A stretch of DNA of 64,000 nt from Alphaproteobacteria bacterium (GCA_965249645.1 CBDFML010000009.1:20993-84992), one strand, 5' to 3'; shown: positions 20,280-30,415, counted from the stretch's first letter. Notes: generated by a model not told the origin, from the letters alone. Made by a program: numbers and translations.

Positions 20280-20560
20280 CAACACAGCAAGGGTCTGAAG
20301 CTTCCGAAGTCGCCACCTCGTGTAATCGCAAGTTTGATGTGGTTTTGGTCTCTATGCAAAAGCAACTGTGAATTTTCGCCGCCGCCGCAACACCCTATTG
20401 GCAAAGGTTCGAAACCCAATCGCTGTGCAATCGCGAATAGCGAGAGAAGGTTTCGATCCCAGTTTCGTTCCCACCGCCAGCTCAATTTTGATGCCGTGGT
20501 TCACGGCGCACCGCATCCGGATAACGGCGGCGGAACCCATTTGTAAGGACGGAGGTCCCT

Positions 20561-20950
20561 ATGCTTGATTACGCACAAAACCTGTCCCAGAGCGGGCTCG
20601 GGGAATGGCGTCCGCTCGACGATCTGGGCGCCGAGATCGTGAGCGGTACGCCTGAACAGCGCGAGCGGCTCGATTACGGCTCGGACGTGAGCGCGTTGAT
20701 GACGGGCGTGTGGGAATGCACCCAGGGCAGCTTCTCGCTGACCTATCCCTTCAACGAGCTCGCCACCATCCTCGAGGGCAACATCACGCTCACCTTTCCG
20801 GACGGCTCCGAGCACAGCTTTGGCCCCGGCGATACCCATTTCGCCCAGAAGGGCGACAGGGTGACCTGGACGGTCCATAGCGAAAAGGTCCGCAAGACGT
20901 TCTTCATCTATATGGGCGATCAGGTCGAGGCCTCGGCCGCCGCCGAGTAG
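20561..20950 (+). CDS. Cupin (DUF861/EutQ-like)
   Basis: GVWECTQG.F..Y.FNE..TILEG..FGPGD; RBS GGAGG. Confidence 0.85.
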   Translation: MLDYAQNLSQSGLGEWRPLDDLGAEIVSGTPEQRERLDYGSDVSALMTGVWECTQGSFSLTYPFNELATILEGNITLTFPDGSEHSFGPGDTHFAQKGDRVTWTVHSEKVRKTFFIYMGDQVEASAAAE

Positions 20951-21047
20951 CCGGCTGCTTTTCTCGTTTCGGAACCCGGCAAGACAAATGCCCGCAATAG
21001 GCGTAGGGTCTTAAGGTGCTTCAACAAGAAGCGAGAGGAGGGATCGG

Positions 21048-21823
21048 ATGGCTGGAAAAACGCCGGTTGACCCAGCCGCCCTGCGTGAAGAGGTAAAATC
21101 GAAATACCGTGAGGTCGCGATCGACCCTCATGGCACTTTCCATTTTCACACGGGACGGCCGCTGGCAAAACGGCTCGAATACGACGATGACGTGGTGGGC
21201 GCGATGCCCGACGTGGCCGTCGAATCATTCTCGGGCGTGGGCAATCCGTTTATATTGCGCCGGCTTTCGCGCGGCGAACGGATCGTCGAGATGGGCTCGG
21301 GCGCGGGCTTCGACAGCTTCATCGCACGCCAGCAGGTCGGCCCCGAGGGCCGGGTCGTCGGCATCGACATGACCGAAGAGATGCTTGAGAAGTCGCGCAA
21401 GACCGCCGCCGAGATGGGAATCGACAACGTCGAGTTCCGGGAGGGCATCATCGAGAACATGCCCATCGAAGACGGCTGGGCGGATGTCGTGATCAGCAAC
21501 GGTGTGATCAACCTGTGCGCCGACAAGGAGCAGGTGTTTGCTGAGATCTTCCGTGTGCTCAGGCCGGGGGGCGGTTGCAGTTCGGCGATATCGCCAACTC
21601 AAACCCGGTGCCCGAAGAAGCGGTGGAAAACATCGATCTTTGGACGGCTTGAATCGCTGGTGGCGTTCCGTGTGAAGGCTGGAAAGCGATGATTGAGGAG
21701 GCGGGGTTCGTCGACGTCGAGATCGGTGCGCCCATGGACACGTTCGGCGGCGCGGGCGGCGAAGGCAACGCCTGGGCGTTCGGGGTTTACGGCTACGCGT
21801 TCCTCGCGCACAAGCCCGCCTAG
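21048..21823 (+). CDS. ArsM-like SAM methyltransferase, candidate selenoprotein (frameshift in G-run near 21570; in-frame TGA 21650-21652)
   Basis: GVGNP, EMGSGAGFD, DVVISNGVINL; the corrected frame reads LRPGGRLQFGDIAN..IDLWTA-U-IAGG..AFLAHKPA*. Confidence 0.75.
21653..21690 (+). promoter_or_regulatory. Putative bacterial SECIS hairpin
   Basis: ATCGCT..TTCC..GGAA-AGCGAT stem immediately after the in-frame TGA. Confidence 0.55.
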
Positions 21824-21932
21824 GACCAGTGGCGGTGTGACCAAGCGCGGCGCCTGATCGGATAGGCCGTCAGGCCAGCGCCGCCGGCTCGCGTACGACT
21901 TCGCCGAGGCCGCGGAATAGGCTCGGACCGCC

Positions 21933-22535
21933 TCAGCCGAGCTCGACTTCGATCTCGCTGACCACGCCGCCGGCGTTGATCTCCCAACCCTCGGGCGAGA
22001 TGTCGAAGGGGCAGGCGGAGACGATGCAGATGGTGTCGATCAGCGCTTCGAGTTCGACCCAGCCGCCGGGTTTCACGATATTTTCAGGTGCAACCAGCCG
22101 TCCGTCGGCCTCCACGTTGGTGTTGGTGAAGAAGTTGACCGGCTGGGGCACGACGATGACCTCGTGGCCCAAACGGCGCATCGCGACCATGAGGTTTTCC
22201 GAACAGCTTGGATGGGGCCCCTCGTAGCCGAAGAATTCGTAGCGGAACTGGTCACACGCCGGCAGCAGCATGTCGTGGATGCCCTCCGCGCCGTCTTCGA
22301 GCAGTTTGAGCATGGGGCGGCGAAAGCGAGAGAGAAAGACGTCGCCTGGGCGCGGCGTGACCGAATAGTTCGCGATCCAGGTGTGCGGCGGCGAAAGCCA
22401 CTCGGCGGTATCCTCGGCGTTGTAGGCGAAGAAGTCGGCGGCCTGGTGGCCTTTCGGCGTGGTGAGCTTGATCCGCTTGCCCTTGGCCACATGAAAGGCG
22501 CGGCCGTCCCTGGGCGGAACGATGGTCTTGTCCAT
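21933..22535 (-). CDS. DUF1989 / urea carboxylase-associated family protein
   Basis: GHQAADF, HDMLLPACD, CSENL, PVNFF and SACP motifs. Confidence 0.88.
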   Translation of the reverse strand: MDKTIVPPRDGRAFHVAKGKRIKLTTPKGHQAADFFAYNAEDTAEWLSPPHTWIANYSVTPRPGDVFLSRFRRPMLKLLEDGAEGIHDMLLPACDQFRYEFFGYEGPHPSCSENLMVAMRRLGHEVIVVPQPVNFFTNTNVEADGRLVAPENIVKPGGWVELEALIDTICIVSACPFDISPEGWEINAGGVVSEIEVELG

Positions 22536-22600
22536 GGTGAGCCTCCCCGATCCGGTCTGTTGAGGTCGCCACGATAGCGCAGCGCGCGGGAGCGCGCGAC

Positions 22601-23400
22601 TCAGGGTTTCGCCCGCAGGCTCTCGTCGAGGAAGGGTGCGATCAGCGCATTTATTGTGTCCGGGGCTTCGACCAGACCCATATGGCGCAAGGTTGGGACG
22701 ATCTCGCCTCGCGCGCCGGGGATGGATGCCGCCATGCGCCGCGCCATGTCAGGCGAGTTGCCGCGGTCGTCCTCGCAGGCAACCACCAAGGTGGGACAAC
22801 GGATTCCGGCGATGGGCTCGACCAATGCCGCATCGCCCTCGGCCAGGACGCGGTAGGCGTGCGGGTAGACCTCGAGGTCGTTGGCGAGGATCGTCCGGCG
22901 CACCCGTTCGAGAACCTCGGGACGCGCGGTGGCGAACGCGGTGGTGAACCAGCGCTCCAGCGCGGCGTCGACGGTCGCAGCCGGACCGTCGGCTGCGGCC
23001 TGCTCGGCGCGGGCGCGCACGGCGGCCGCTCCGCCTCCGTACGGTCGTGGGGTGAGTTGAGGACGATAAGCGCACCGACGCGCTCGGGACGGTCGATCGC
23101 ATAGGCCCGGGCGATCATGCCGCCCAGCGAAAAGCCCGCCAGCGCGCAGCGCTCCAGCGCCAGACCGTCGAGCAAGTTGTCGAGCTGGTCGACGAAGTGG
23201 GCCATTTCAAAGTCGCCGCGCGGCTTGACGCTCTCGCCGTGGCCCAGCAGGTCGTAGCGCACCACGCGGAAACGGCCGGTCAGGGCGGGCAGTTGCCCGT
23301 CCCACATCGAGCGGTCCAAACCCAGACCGTGGATCAACACGACGGTTGGGCCATCGCCCTCGGACGTAAAGGCTGACTTGCCGATGAACCCGTCGGCCAC
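22601..23400 (-). CDS. Alpha/beta hydrolase (TgnD / enol-lactonase-like), frameshift near 23027
   Basis: LIHGLG, YDLLGHGES, GFSLGG nucleophile motif and LRHM; the two ORFs join by adding one G (CGG GCC). Confidence 0.8.
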
Positions 23401-23409
23401 GGTGGGCGT

Positions 23410-24477
23410 CTAGCGCGCCGCGCCGGTTCGGGCCGGCGTCTCCTGAAAGGCAGGCATGACTTCGTCGACGAAGAGGCGGAGCGAGCTTTTCTGCTCGGCC
23501 AGGGGCAGGCCGAAGCTCGCCTGATAGCAGAAATTATCCACGCCGAGCGCCTCGTAGAGCTTCAGCTTGGCGATGGCCTCGTCGGGCGAGCCGAAGATCA
23601 GATTGTCGAGCAGGTTTGACGGCTCGTATTCGGCCTGGTTGGTGAGCAACGCCGGATCGGGCACCTGGGGAAAACCGTTGACGACGGGGGCGAGGTTGCG
23701 AAACAGGTTTTCAAACTGGCGGCCCTGATTACGCACCGCGTCGAGATAGACGTCTCGGGTCTCGGAGTTCTCGTAGATGGCAGTATGGCGCATGGTCATG
23801 AAGCGGGGCCGCTCCATGCCCGGGTTGGCGGCGAGCGAGGCCTCGAAGCGTTCCATGTAGGTCTCGACCTCGGCGAACGAGCGGGTCAGCGCCCAGGTCA
23901 TGACGGAACAGCCCTGCTGGACCGCCCAGTCGAAGGTGCCGGGATCGCGTGCCGCGATCCATATTGGGGGATGGGGCTGCTGCAGCGGCTTGGGACAGGA
24001 AGTCGCGGCGGGAAAAGACCAGTACTCGCCGTTATGCTCAGTATCGCCCTGCCACAGCGCTTTCAGCACCGGCAGCATCTCTTGCATCATGGGTACGCCG
24101 AGGTTCATCTCCATACCGCTCGCCATGCGGTCGAATTCACGTTGATAGGCACCTTTGCCGATGCCGAATTCAAGCCGTCCGCCCGAGAGCAGATCGGACA
24201 GCGCCGCCTCGCCGGCGAGCTTGACTGGATGCCAGTAGGGCGCGACCACGACAGCGGTGCCGAGGCGGATGCGCGAGGTGTGGGCGGCGAAGTGGGCGAG
24301 CAACTGGAACGGGCCGGGCGCGATGGTCATCTCGATGGCGTGGTGCTCGGCGGCCCAGACGATGTCGACGCCGCCCTCGTCCGCCATCTGCACCATCTCG
24401 GTGACGTGGCGCATGACCTCGCGCATGTCCTCGTCGGGGCTCATGCGCTCCAGATTGATGACGAGATTAAATCGCAT
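23410..24477 (-). CDS. Luciferase-like (LLM) flavin monooxygenase, TgnB-like
   Basis: WAAEHH..TIAP.P, WHPVKLAGEAA, PLQQPHPPIWIAARDP. Confidence 0.85.
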   Translation of the reverse strand: MRFNLVINLERMSPDEDMREVMRHVTEMVQMADEGGVDIVWAAEHHAIEMTIAPGPFQLLAHFAAHTSRIRLGTAVVVAPYWHPVKLAGEAALSDLLSGGRLEFGIGKGAYQREFDRMASGMEMNLGVPMMQEMLPVLKALWQGDTEHNGEYWSFPAATSCPKPLQQPHPPIWIAARDPGTFDWAVQQGCSVMTWALTRSFAEVETYMERFEASLAANPGMERPRFMTMRHTAIYENSETRDVYLDAVRNQGRQFENLFRNLAPVVNGFPQVPDPALLTNQAEYEPSNLLDNLIFGSPDEAIAKLKLYEALGVDNFCYQASFGLPLAEQKSSLRLFVDEVMPAFQETPARTGAAR

Positions 24478-24632
24478 GGCAGGCGTCCGTTGGAGTTGTG
24501 TGGCTTTTTAGTCGGTCGCCGAGCGAGAGTAACGGCGAAATGTTACCTTGTCAGCGGTCAAGAGGCTGGACAGGAGCATATTCCTGTTAGCACACTGGCC
24601 AAACTTTGCCGGATCGCCAGGGGAGAGCTGCC

Positions 24633-26117
24633 ATGTCCGAGCTGACCCGTTACCAGATGCTGATTGACGGCCAGTGGGTCGACGCGAAGGGCGGCGCGAC
24701 CTTCGAGAGCATCAATCCGGCCAGCGGCGAGGTCTGGGCGGAAATCCCGGCCGCAAGCGAGACCGACGTCGATCGCGCCGTGCAGGCCGCGCACCGCGCC
24801 TTCAGCGATGGTCCGTGGGCGAGCATGACACCGAGCGAGCGGGGCAAGCGGTTGCGCAAGTTCGCCGACCTGCTGGCCGAGAATGCCGAAGAGCTGGGCC
24901 GCATCGAATCCGTCGATACGGGCAAGCTGTTCAAGGAGACCCGCTTCCAGGCAAATTACATCGCTGATTTCTTTCACTACTACGCCGGGCTGGCCGACAA
25001 AATCGAGGGTGCGACTCTGCCCATCGACAAGCCCGATCTCTGTGTTTTCAACACCCGTGAGCCGTTGGGCGTGGTTGCGGCGGTGGTGCCCTGGAATTCG
25101 CAGCTTTTCCTGACCGCGATCAAGATGGGTCCCGCGCTGGCGGCCGGCAACACCATCGTGCTCAAGGCCTCCGAGCACGCTTCGGCGGCCATGCTCGCGT
25201 TCGGCAGGCTGGTTGCTGAGGCGGATATTCCCGACGGCGTCGTCAATATCGTCACCGGGTTCGGCGAACCCTGCGGGCGGGTGCTGACCTCCCATCCGCT
25301 GGTGGCGCGGGTAAGCTTTACGGGCGGCCCCGAGACGGCACGCCATGTGGTGCGGAACTCGGCAGAAAATTTTGCGCAAGTTACTCTCGAGCTCGGCGGC
25401 AAGTCACCGGTCATGGTGTTCGAGGATGCGGACATCGAAAGCGCAACCAACGGCGTCGTGTCCGGGATTTTCGCGGCGAGCGGCCAGAGCTGCGTGGCGG
25501 GATCGAGGCTCTATCTGCAGGACAGTATCGCCGACAAGTTCGTCGAGGGGCTGGTCGCGCGGGCCGGAAAAATCCGGATCGGCGATCCGCTCGCGGAGGA
25601 CACCCAGATGGGCCCGCTCGCCACGCAAGCGCAGCTCACGCGGATCGACGCGGAAGTCAAAAAGGCACAAGAGAGCGGAGCGAGGGTGCTCCATGGCGGG
25701 CAGCCTCCGCCGCACCTCAACATGGGCTGGTTCTACGAGCCCACCATCGTCGAGTGCCCCGATCAATCGCTTAGCATCGTGGACACGGAGCTGTTCGGTC
25801 CGGTACTGAGCGTGTTGCGCTTTTCGAGTGAAGACGAGGCCATTGCGCGTGCCAACGACACAAAATACGGCCTCGCATGCGGCATCTTTTCCCGCGATAT
25901 GGGGCGCGCGCTCAGGGTCTCAAAGGCGATCCGGGCGGGCATCGTCTGGATCAACACCTACCGCATGGTCTCGCCCATCGCCGAGATCGGCGGCTTCAAG
26001 GACAGCGGTTACGGGCGCGAGGGCGGCTTGCAGGCGGTCTACGACTACACCCGGCCCAAGACGGTCTGGATCAACACCTCGAGCGAGCCGGTGGCCGACC
26101 CCTTCGTGATGCGATAG
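24633..26117 (+). CDS. Aldehyde dehydrogenase, TgnC-like
   Basis: PWNSQLFL, FTGGPETARH, LELGGKSP, GQSCVAG, ELFGP; C-terminus DPFVMR. Confidence 0.9.
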   Translation: MSELTRYQMLIDGQWVDAKGGATFESINPASGEVWAEIPAASETDVDRAVQAAHRAFSDGPWASMTPSERGKRLRKFADLLAENAEELGRIESVDTGKLFKETRFQANYIADFFHYYAGLADKIEGATLPIDKPDLCVFNTREPLGVVAAVVPWNSQLFLTAIKMGPALAAGNTIVLKASEHASAAMLAFGRLVAEADIPDGVVNIVTGFGEPCGRVLTSHPLVARVSFTGGPETARHVVRNSAENFAQVTLELGGKSPVMVFEDADIESATNGVVSGIFAASGQSCVAGSRLYLQDSIADKFVEGLVARAGKIRIGDPLAEDTQMGPLATQAQLTRIDAEVKKAQESGARVLHGGQPPPHLNMGWFYEPTIVECPDQSLSIVDTELFGPVLSVLRFSSEDEAIARANDTKYGLACGIFSRDMGRALRVSKAIRAGIVWINTYRMVSPIAEIGGFKDSGYGREGGLQAVYDYTRPKTVWINTSSEPVADPFVMR

Positions 26118-26233
26118 AGGCGGGAAATTAGTCGCGCTCGAGCGCCGCACAGGCTTTCGTCGCATAAACGGCGGCTCGCAGTCGCGGGCTGGTTGAGAGC
26201 TGCGAGAGGCGTGGTGCGAAATGCGAGGGGCTC

Positions 26234-27061
26234 TCAGGCCTTGCGTGCCACGACACGCGCGCCGCCGAGATGTCCACCAGCCAACATGGTGGTGACCATG
26301 TCGTAGAAATGGTCAAGCGCGGCGACGACCTCCTCGCCATGGACCACGACGTGGCGTTCAAAGCCCGCGCGGTATCGCTCGAGGCGTTCCGCCACATGGG
26401 TGCTCCATAGCTCGCTCATATCCTCGAAGGCGATGTCTTCGAAGCCGGCGGTTTGCAGGGTGGCACAATAGTTCTCCCGGGTCGTGAGGCCGGCGCCGTA
26501 TAACTCGTGGGCGACCCGGTTTCGCTCGTCGTCTGTCAGGGGTGCGCGTTCATAAAGGTCCTCGGCGTAGAGCGCGCTGCCCGGCTTGAGCGTGTCGGCG
26601 CAGCGCGCGAACAGTGCGGTCTGGTCGGGCACATGGTAGAGCGAGAGCCAGCTCACTACCGCGTCGTAAGACTCAGCGGGTAACGGGTGGGCAAGAACAT
26701 CGCCGCAGACATGCTCGACCCGTTCCGCGAGTCCGCAGCGCCCAGTCAGCGAGCGGGCAACAGCGTTCAGGTCCGGCTGAAGCTCGAGAGCTGTAATCTG
26801 ACAGCCCGTGCGCTCCGCCAAGTGACGCGACGACCCGCCGATTCCCGAGCCGACTTCGAGAACCCGGCTGTCCGCGTCGATAGCGAGCCGCTCAGCGGCG
26901 TCGTCCACGGCCTTGGTACCGAAATAGTGGTATTGATCGAACGGTGAGAGGTCCGCGACGGTGAGTGGATCGTCGTCGCCAAAGCCCGCCGCCTTGAGGT
27001 CGTTGTAGATTCGCTCGACCTGGCCGTAGAGCTTCATCGACTTGATGCCGGTCGCCTCCAT
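26234..27061 (-). CDS. SAM-dependent N-methyltransferase (sarcosine/dimethylglycine MT-like)
   Basis: FDQYHYFG, VLEVGSGIGG, YDAVVS.LSLYHV, LKPG. Confidence 0.75.
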   Translation of the reverse strand: MEATGIKSMKLYGQVERIYNDLKAAGFGDDDPLTVADLSPFDQYHYFGTKAVDDAAERLAIDADSRVLEVGSGIGGSSRHLAERTGCQITALELQPDLNAVARSLTGRCGLAERVEHVCGDVLAHPLPAESYDAVVSWLSLYHVPDQTALFARCADTLKPGSALYAEDLYERAPLTDDERNRVAHELYGAGLTTRENYCATLQTAGFEDIAFEDMSELWSTHVAERLERYRAGFERHVVVHGEEVVAALDHFYDMVTTMLAGGHLGGARVVARKA

Positions 27062-27231
27062 GGCGCGCCTTTCCAAGCTGTTTTGTTGCGGCCGTCACGA
27101 TAGCCGAAGCGGCGGGGTGGGGCCAATCGTCGCGGCGCCCCTTTTGGGGGCTTCACATCGCCCGTTCGCGCGGCAAGAATGCATTCCGGCGCGGGCGCGC
27201 CCAAGAACGAGAACGGCTAAGAGACGGAAGC

Positions 27232-28248
27232 ATGGCGCAGGATATTCCCCCGGATCAGTCCACCTTCATGGATGCGTTCCTGCGCGAGACGCGCGCGCTC
27301 GTGAAGACCTATGATTGCTCCGACGACGTCGAAGTCTCGCCGCTGAGCCAGGCGGAAAATACCATCCTGCTGGTTCACGACCGGGGGCGGGGCAACAAAT
27401 ACGTCCTGCGCATCAACTCTCACCAGCTCACCTACCACAACCCGGCGGTGATCGGCTCGGAAATGGCGTGGCTGCGCGCGTTGCGCGAGGATTCCGACAT
27501 CGACGCGCCGGATCCGGTCCCTTCGCGGGACGGCCGTTACGTCCAGAGAATCGAGGCGCCCGAAATCGACCAGCCGCGCTGCGCAATCATGATGACTTTT
27601 CTGGAAGGCGTGGAACCCGACCCCGATTCGTTGCTCGACGGCTTCGACCGGCTGGGCGAGATCACCGCGCACATGCACCGTCACGCCAAGGGGTGGGTGC
27701 GCCCGGCGGATTTTGTGCGGCCCGACTGGACACCGGAATCGATCGCCAACAACAAGCAGGGCTGGGGCGACTGGCGCTACGGCTACGGCATGGAGGACGA
27801 GGCGGCGCGCCAGGTGCTGGGCCGGGCGATGGATACGGTGCTCGCGCGGCTCGCACGCATCGAGCGCAATGCTGAGCGCTTCGGCCTGATCCACGCGGAT
27901 TTCCGCCTCGCAAATATCCTGGTCGAGGGCGACCGGACCAAGGTGATCGACTTCGACGACTGTGGATTCGGCTATTTCATCTACGACCTTGCCTCCGCGC
28001 TGACCTTCCTCGAACAGCGGGCGGACGTGCCCGAGCTGATCGAGACCTGGCTCGCGGGCTATCGCCGCGTGGCGGTACTCCCGCCCGATGTCGAGGCGGA
28101 AATTCCCAGCTTCGTCATGCTGAGACGGATAATGCTCCTCGGCTATATCGGCAACCGCCGACACCTGGAGTATGTTCAGGAGCTGGGCGTGGGATACACC
28201 ACCGACAGCCTCGAACTCGTGGAGACCTACCTGGCCAGGTACGGTTGA
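27232..28248 (+). CDS. APH / type II homoserine kinase-like phosphotransferase (copy 1)
   Basis: HADFRLANIL and IDFDDCG. Confidence 0.88.
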   Translation: MAQDIPPDQSTFMDAFLRETRALVKTYDCSDDVEVSPLSQAENTILLVHDRGRGNKYVLRINSHQLTYHNPAVIGSEMAWLRALREDSDIDAPDPVPSRDGRYVQRIEAPEIDQPRCAIMMTFLEGVEPDPDSLLDGFDRLGEITAHMHRHAKGWVRPADFVRPDWTPESIANNKQGWGDWRYGYGMEDEAARQVLGRAMDTVLARLARIERNAERFGLIHADFRLANILVEGDRTKVIDFDDCGFGYFIYDLASALTFLEQRADVPELIETWLAGYRRVAVLPPDVEAEIPSFVMLRRIMLLGYIGNRRHLEYVQELGVGYTTDSLELVETYLARYG

Positions 28249-28285
28249 GGTTCTCCACCGCGGAACAGAAGTAGGCCGGTACGCG

Positions 28286-29299
28286 ATGACCTCTGAGATT
28301 CTCCTCGATCATACGGTCTTCGACGAGATCTTGCTGCGCGAAGCGCGCAAGCTCGTAACGGCTTACGATTTCTCCGGCGACATCGAGGTCTCGGTCCTCG
28401 TCCAGGGCGAGAACACCATCCTGCTCGTCGACGACCGGGGAAGGGGCAAGAAATACGTTCTGCGCATCAGCTCCCACAGGCTGATCTACCACAACGGGCC
28501 GTCGATCGCCTCCGAGGTGATGTGGTTGCGGGCGCTGCGCCGGGATTCCGATATCGAGGCACCGGATCCGATTCCCGACAGGCAGGGCCGCTTCGTCCAG
28601 ACCCTCGAGGCCTCCGATCTCGACCGGCCGCGTTGCGCGGTGATGTTCAGCTTCCTCGATGGCGTCGAGCCGAATCCCAACACCCTGATGGCCGACTTCG
28701 CGCAGCTGGGCGAAATCACCGCGCGCATGCACCGCCACGCCCAAAGTTGGACACCGCCTGCCGAATTCGCACGCCATTCATGGACCCCCGATTCGATCTT
28801 CACCAATCAGGTCTCTTGGGGGCATTGGGAGGAGGGCATGGATGTGGATGCGGACGCGCGCGCCATTCTGGGACGCATGGCGGACGTCGTCGCGCGTCGG
28901 CTCGGTAGACTCCCCCGGGACAAGGAGCGCTTCGGCCTGATCCACGCCGATCTGCGGCTCGCGAATATTCTCGTCGAGGGTGACCGGGCCAAGGTGATCG
29001 ACTTCGACGATTGCGGTTCCAGCTACTATCTGTACGATCTGGCGACTGCGCTCAGCCTGCTGCAAGAGCGGCCGGACGCCCCGGAATTGACCGCGACGTG
29101 GCTCGACGGCTACCGCAGGGTTGCCTCGATCCCGCCCGACATCGAGGCAGAGATTCCAAGTTTCAACATGCTTCGCCGCCTGGCAGAAGTGGCCTGGTTC
29201 GGGCGCTGTCGAGGCATCGAATTCTTCGACGAGATCGGACCCGCCCACACGGCCGCCACGATACAGCTCGCCGACGACTATCTGACCAAGTACGCCTGA
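28286..29299 (+). CDS. APH / type II homoserine kinase-like phosphotransferase (copy 2)
   Basis: HADLRLANIL and IDFDDCG; tandem paralog of copy 1. Confidence 0.88.
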   Translation: MTSEILLDHTVFDEILLREARKLVTAYDFSGDIEVSVLVQGENTILLVDDRGRGKKYVLRISSHRLIYHNGPSIASEVMWLRALRRDSDIEAPDPIPDRQGRFVQTLEASDLDRPRCAVMFSFLDGVEPNPNTLMADFAQLGEITARMHRHAQSWTPPAEFARHSWTPDSIFTNQVSWGHWEEGMDVDADARAILGRMADVVARRLGRLPRDKERFGLIHADLRLANILVEGDRAKVIDFDDCGSSYYLYDLATALSLLQERPDAPELTATWLDGYRRVASIPPDIEAEIPSFNMLRRLAEVAWFGRCRGIEFFDEIGPAHTAATIQLADDYLTKYA

Positions 29300-29360
29300 G
29301 TTGCCATCCAGTTGATCGTCCGGTCCGATAGGGCCATGATCGGCTCTGCGGGAGGAATTC

Positions 29361-30224
29361 ATGACCCAGAAGCTCGACGTTTTTCAGTCCATGTGGGCGA
29401 TGGAGCAGCGCCGCCCCGACGGCAAGGAGTATTCGCCCGAGGAGGCGGTCGCGATGATCGCCGAAGCCGGCTACGCGGGCGTCGACATGGTCTCGACCCC
29501 CGACTACGCCGAGACCCGGGATCAATGGATTGAGGTGATCAAGGATACCGATCTCGACGTGAGCTTCACCGCCTTCTGCTCGGAGACCGATCTGCTCGAG
29601 CCCACCATCGAAGCCGCCTGCCGGGTTCGCGAGAAGGTTCGCTACATCAACCTGATCCCCCGCACGCTGTACTGGGATGTGGACGAGGCGGCGATGTGGA
29701 TGGAGAAATGGATATCACTTGGCGCGGCCGAGGGTTATCCGGTCTATCTCGAGACCCACCGTTTTTCGATGACCACGGACCTGTTGTTCACCATCCGGCT
29801 GGCCAACAGGATGCCGGAATTGCGCCTGGTCGCCGATCTTTCGCACGTCGTGACGGCGCAGGAATGGTTTTACCTGCCGCTCACCCACGAGGAAGAAACG
29901 ATGGTCGAGCACCTGCTCTGTCGGGCGGAATCGTTCCAGGGACGCGTGGCTTCCGCCGAGCAGATTCAGCTTCAGCTGGATTTTCCCCAGCACCAGGTCT
30001 GGGTCGACATCTTCAAGGGCTGGTGGACCAAGGGCCTGCGCTGGTGGCGCCAGCGGCACGGCCCGGACGATTCTTGTGTCTTCCTCTGCGAGCTGGGCCC
30101 GCCCTCCTACGCGATCACCGGCGCGGACGGCTGGGAACTGTCCGATCGCTGGCAGGACGCGCTCGCCATCAAGGGCTGGGTCGAGGACATATGGCAGGGT
30201 CTCGACGGGGACGCGAAGGCCTAA
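29361..30224 (+). CDS. Xylose-isomerase-like TIM-barrel protein
   Basis: ETHR, ADLSH and ELGPPSYAIT metal-site motifs. Confidence 0.75.
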   Translation: MTQKLDVFQSMWAMEQRRPDGKEYSPEEAVAMIAEAGYAGVDMVSTPDYAETRDQWIEVIKDTDLDVSFTAFCSETDLLEPTIEAACRVREKVRYINLIPRTLYWDVDEAAMWMEKWISLGAAEGYPVYLETHRFSMTTDLLFTIRLANRMPELRLVADLSHVVTAQEWFYLPLTHEEETMVEHLLCRAESFQGRVASAEQIQLQLDFPQHQVWVDIFKGWWTKGLRWWRQRHGPDDSCVFLCELGPPSYAITGADGWELSDRWQDALAIKGWVEDIWQGLDGDAKA

Positions 30225-30229
30225 GCGGC

Positions 30230-30415
30230 ATGGCGGCCTCGCCCGGCGATGACCGGCCTCAGAAGGGTGCTCCCTGGCGGGCCGCTTTCCTGCTGGTGCC
30301 GGATTTTTCGATGATCGCGTTTACCTCGGCGGTCGAGGTCTTGCGCTTGGCCAACTACGTCACCGGACGCGAGGATTTCGCCTGGTCGCTTTATTCTCCC
30401 GGCGGCGCGTCGATC
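30230..30415 (+). pseudogene. N-terminal fragment of GlxA/FtrA-type AraC regulator
   Basis: AFLLVPDFSMIAFTSAVEVLRLAN..W..YS..G; ends abruptly. Confidence 0.75.

Noticed and set aside
20398-20460. GGCAAA..GAAA hairpin as a c-di-GMP-I riboswitch
   Set aside because: The downstream GACGCAAAG element and second stem are missing; an Rfam scan would be needed.
24596-24609. TGGC..TTGC as a sigma54 promoter (similar site at 19502)
   Set aside because: GG-to-GC spacing is 9 rather than the required 10.
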